From assembly GCA_001643675.2 (NCBI GenBank), contig LSRY02000015.1, forward strand, positions 372,001-436,000: a DNA stretch of 64,000 bases, in the 5' to 3' direction. The translations under genes were made by a program, and so were the position numbers. Shown here in pieces: positions 62,501 through 64,000 of the stretch (the stretch's first letter is position 1; every line of letters begins with the position of its first letter). The notes under the pieces were generated by a model. It searched no databases, had not been told where the DNA came from, and saw only the letters and a list, made by a program, of their open reading frames with translations. This DNA is from Monocercomonoides exilis PA203. Taxonomy: Eukaryota > Protista > Preaxostyla.

Positions 62501-64000
62501 TCTTTCCCTTCTTTCCCTTCTTTCCCTTCTTTCCCTTCTTTCCCTTCCTCTTTCTCAGCTGTTTCCAGTTTAACATCTTCATTATTGCTCGCTGTTTTTC
62601 GCTTTGATCGTTCTTTAACATCAGCCGAATTCGTTTTGTTTCCTTTGCCTCTTCCCTTCGCTGTTTTATTTTTCTCTTTCTTTTGCATCGCTTGCTTTCC
62701 ACCTCCTCCTTTTGCTCCATTTTTCTTTTGTTCTGCCTTGTTCTCTTCTTCGCCTCCACTCTCATCAACATAATAGAACTCCCTGCCATCATTGTCCACA
62801 AGCCTGATAACATTTGAATTTGAAGCGTTTTGCTTGTCTTTCTTCTTCTTTGCTGTCACATTCTTCTTTCCCTTCCCTGTGTCTTTCTTTCCCTTCGGCC
62901 TTCCTTTCTTCCCTTTCTTCTTTTCTGTATATTCCTCCGATTCTGATAGGTTATACTCTCCATCATCATCATCACCTCCTCCATTCTCCTCGCTCTCTGC
63001 TTCCATTTCGCCTGCAATGTCAATCACCTCATTCTCGTCAATGTCGTGCTGCGTGTGCTTCTCAATGTGCAGCGATACTCCATCGCCCAGAAAGTCCACA
63101 AGCGTGCTGATTGGCGCATCATCCACAAAACACACAAACATCCGCCCATTCGATTGCCCTGCTTTTGATGACAAGAAAGTGGAATTCCCCGCATTTCGGT
63201 CTCTTTTCCTCAAAGACCGGTCCAGCTGATCGTCAAAGGCCTTCGACGGCTTCTGAGTCTTCAGCAGAAACGGCTCAGCTCCAAAAACGGGGTAATCAAC
63301 AAGAAGAGAATCATCTTCAATTGCAGCAGACGCCATCAGGTTGAAGTTGCGAATTTGGGCTGGTGGATATGCAAAGTCCATTGGCAAAGATGAAATAGAT
63401 GCAATTTCAGTTATATCTTCATCTCCATTCGATTTGGACTCTTCATTGTTTGATTTTTGTTCATCTTGCTTTTCTTCTTTCGCTTCATCATTCGTATTTT
63501 GTGTATCCTTGTTAGCAGGAATATCCTCAATCATTTTGCCTCCCTGTTCTTTCTGTTGCAATGGCTGCATTTTCTCTCTGTTAAACGCCAGCTGTCTGTG
63601 AAACAGCTGGAACAGCGCATGTTTCACTTGCCCGACAGTCGCTTCTGCATTTTTGTTCACATAAAAATACCCCAAATCGACAATGTTGTGCTCTTCGTCA
63701 TCCCAAAAGGAGAATCGAATAATGAAGCACTGACTCACAACACTTGCATCAACCCATCGAGAGAAGAAAGGAACTTCAAATAAATCATTACCAGACCCAG
63801 AAATACTTGCAGATGAAGAGCTTCGAAGCTTAATTTTCTTTTCTTCCCCTTCCCCTTCTTCTTCTTCTTCTTCTTCTTTGTTTTTTATAGCAAGCGCATA
63901 AAACGGTTGAATAATCGATTTTTTCGGTTGAGTTCTCTTTGTCTGGTCTTTAATATCATTTTCTATTCCTTCCGTCTCTTTCCCATCAACCAATTCATCA
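59548..64000 (-). CDS. 3' part of a large host protein, probably a USP47/USP7-type deubiquitinase C-terminal region (Ubl-like repeats, UIM); runs off the window
   Basis: Uninterrupted ORF of more than 1480 aa, open to the window edge. Ubl-like segments (ATVGQVKHAL, STVSQLRSEIAKRLNIPPRFLRL, TTFAELCFFLSQQLKI), UIM-like ESELQQAMKMSL, and C-terminal KALSID. The CDS is secure; the product call is tentative because no catalytic domain is in view. Confidence 0.6.
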   Translation of the reverse strand, partial: DELVDGKETEGIENDIKDQTKRTQPKKSIIQPFYALAIKNKEEEEEEEGEGEEKKIKLRSSSSASISGSGNDLFEVPFFSRWVDASVVSQCFIIRFSFWDDEEHNIVDLGYFYVNKNAEATVGQVKHALFQLFHRQLAFNREKMQPLQQKEQGGKMIEDIPANKDTQNTNDEAKEEKQDEQKSNNEESKSNGDEDITEIASISSLPMDFAYPPAQIRNFNLMASAAIEDDSLLVDYPVFGAEPFLLKTQKPSKAFDDQLDRSLRKRDRNAGNSTFLSSKAGQSNGRMFVCFVDDAPISTLVDFLGDGVSLHIEKHTQHDIDENEVIDIAGEMEAESEENGGGDDDDGEYNLSESEEYTEKKKGKKGRPKGKKDTGKGKKNVTAKKKKDKQNASNSNVIRLVDNDGREFYYVDESGGEEENKAEQKKNGAKGGGGKQAMQKKEKNKTAKGRGKGNKTNSADVKERSKRKTASNNEDVKLETAEKEEGKEGKEGKEGKEGKEGKEEKVIDPALLKVYVDYLTPSQRERYIKQSNSQILLVVEETDESYDNRTSELIKITEMEEKELKNKMEKDLPVEGYESAKDISSSSSSSSSSSSSSSIKPSSLSLKNIKYPFQNVLPTEKQHFTLTLTSASTVSQLRSEIAKRLNIPPRFLRLGMTTNEWEDFGGDIVETSSCAFGGNIDASESELQQAMKMSLMDFEEQQAKEINAITNSIAQENKQPNLQNASDETRSAQPEEVATAPKDEEACASSASHMDIVQEQSINQTKPEEASSSSSLIIPANNKTEDEAIPLPLDLHPPFLPLWCPARILKDDKMRIEKAIIKNDSVFNVVTLQILPRAQPIAKGDKVMKCWICDGVKIMGDENLQLRDANKTENPLELSVDRFIHFDNDSEQKIPNEANSTNTETISTSSEKQQDIQSKGEIIQTNPNEQEQKTKEQLNSTEITSEASSKNDAKADISPSSAPKSEKDNKKSKLPGRLRGIIDVIFSKKMSFADAIELVEKKIREWWKEKKKEWEAGIIMDQSPKSSFTSSIPFSTDVLPASEQEDLAKFFSSPPSIILGSWNGSVFEPIPYDESKKMFRLHLQRNYPLCACIVNRTAEESKMPQLNDTALAIIATHPSATPAAKEAAQLLLSGSVSSFESLNEKETLFANTSTTLPFSSSLTSVKRQKSSGEKDASENEGETIFEPFPLLFPFSSPLHISNVFYPLSVVRALAWETHFKRKDSLAHTNPQLMLVPRNTTFAELCFFLSQQLKIKRENLSVLFSRNEEIYRHSLVSIEKLKDTKLFKEERIMDKKNRTRRKDGEEAKDEDKLTEVFELSKDDSKVLGNEITLMKEQNKDEQNSVGFLNAKQMQKSSEESQNLNHLERNENLKRDEDSTLLSTLSSSPSSSPSSPTLTLANVDERKLIDNAVEHSLPLSLFALDRAFICCVDDTSLTEEEKVLQLCDENHYLMKMLIAKRESELCVRRGRKESERTIKALSIDN
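62493..62547. repeat. 9-bp coding tandem repeat (CTTTCCCTT)x6 encoding (KEG)n
   Basis: Seen directly inside the 59548-64000 ORF. Confidence 0.9.

Overview
AT-rich eukaryotic DNA with short GT-AG introns. Its gene content (huge Cys/Gly-rich single-pass receptor-like genes, many decayed paralogues) resembles an oxymonad such as Monocercomonoides; that assignment is inference. Three structures dominate. (1) A nested set of transposons: a ~2-kb pogo/Tigger-type DDE_1 transposon (13574-32165, TA target) is split inside its transposase by a 16,550-bp element (15053-31602) with perfect 22-bp TIRs GGGACATTATTTTCGAAATCAT and a 4-bp ATGT target duplication. The large element encodes a spliced gene in which an intact-looking ubiquitin-specific protease (USP/C19) domain is fused to a Sola-type DDD transposase. 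It also holds a second gene and fragments of host receptor-family genes. (2) A ~24-kb palindrome: two ~10.4-kb inverted arms, each with a ~2990-aa receptor/pseudokinase gene, flank a decayed DIRS-type tyrosine-recombinase retrotransposon. The arms appear identical except for a strongly diverged N-terminal patch, a second small patch and two homopolymer indels. (3) The 3' part of a long, probably USP47/USP7-like host gene at the right edge. The first 13 kb is decayed coding fragments, microsatellites and small inverted-repeat elements. Family assignments come from recalled motifs, not from database searches.
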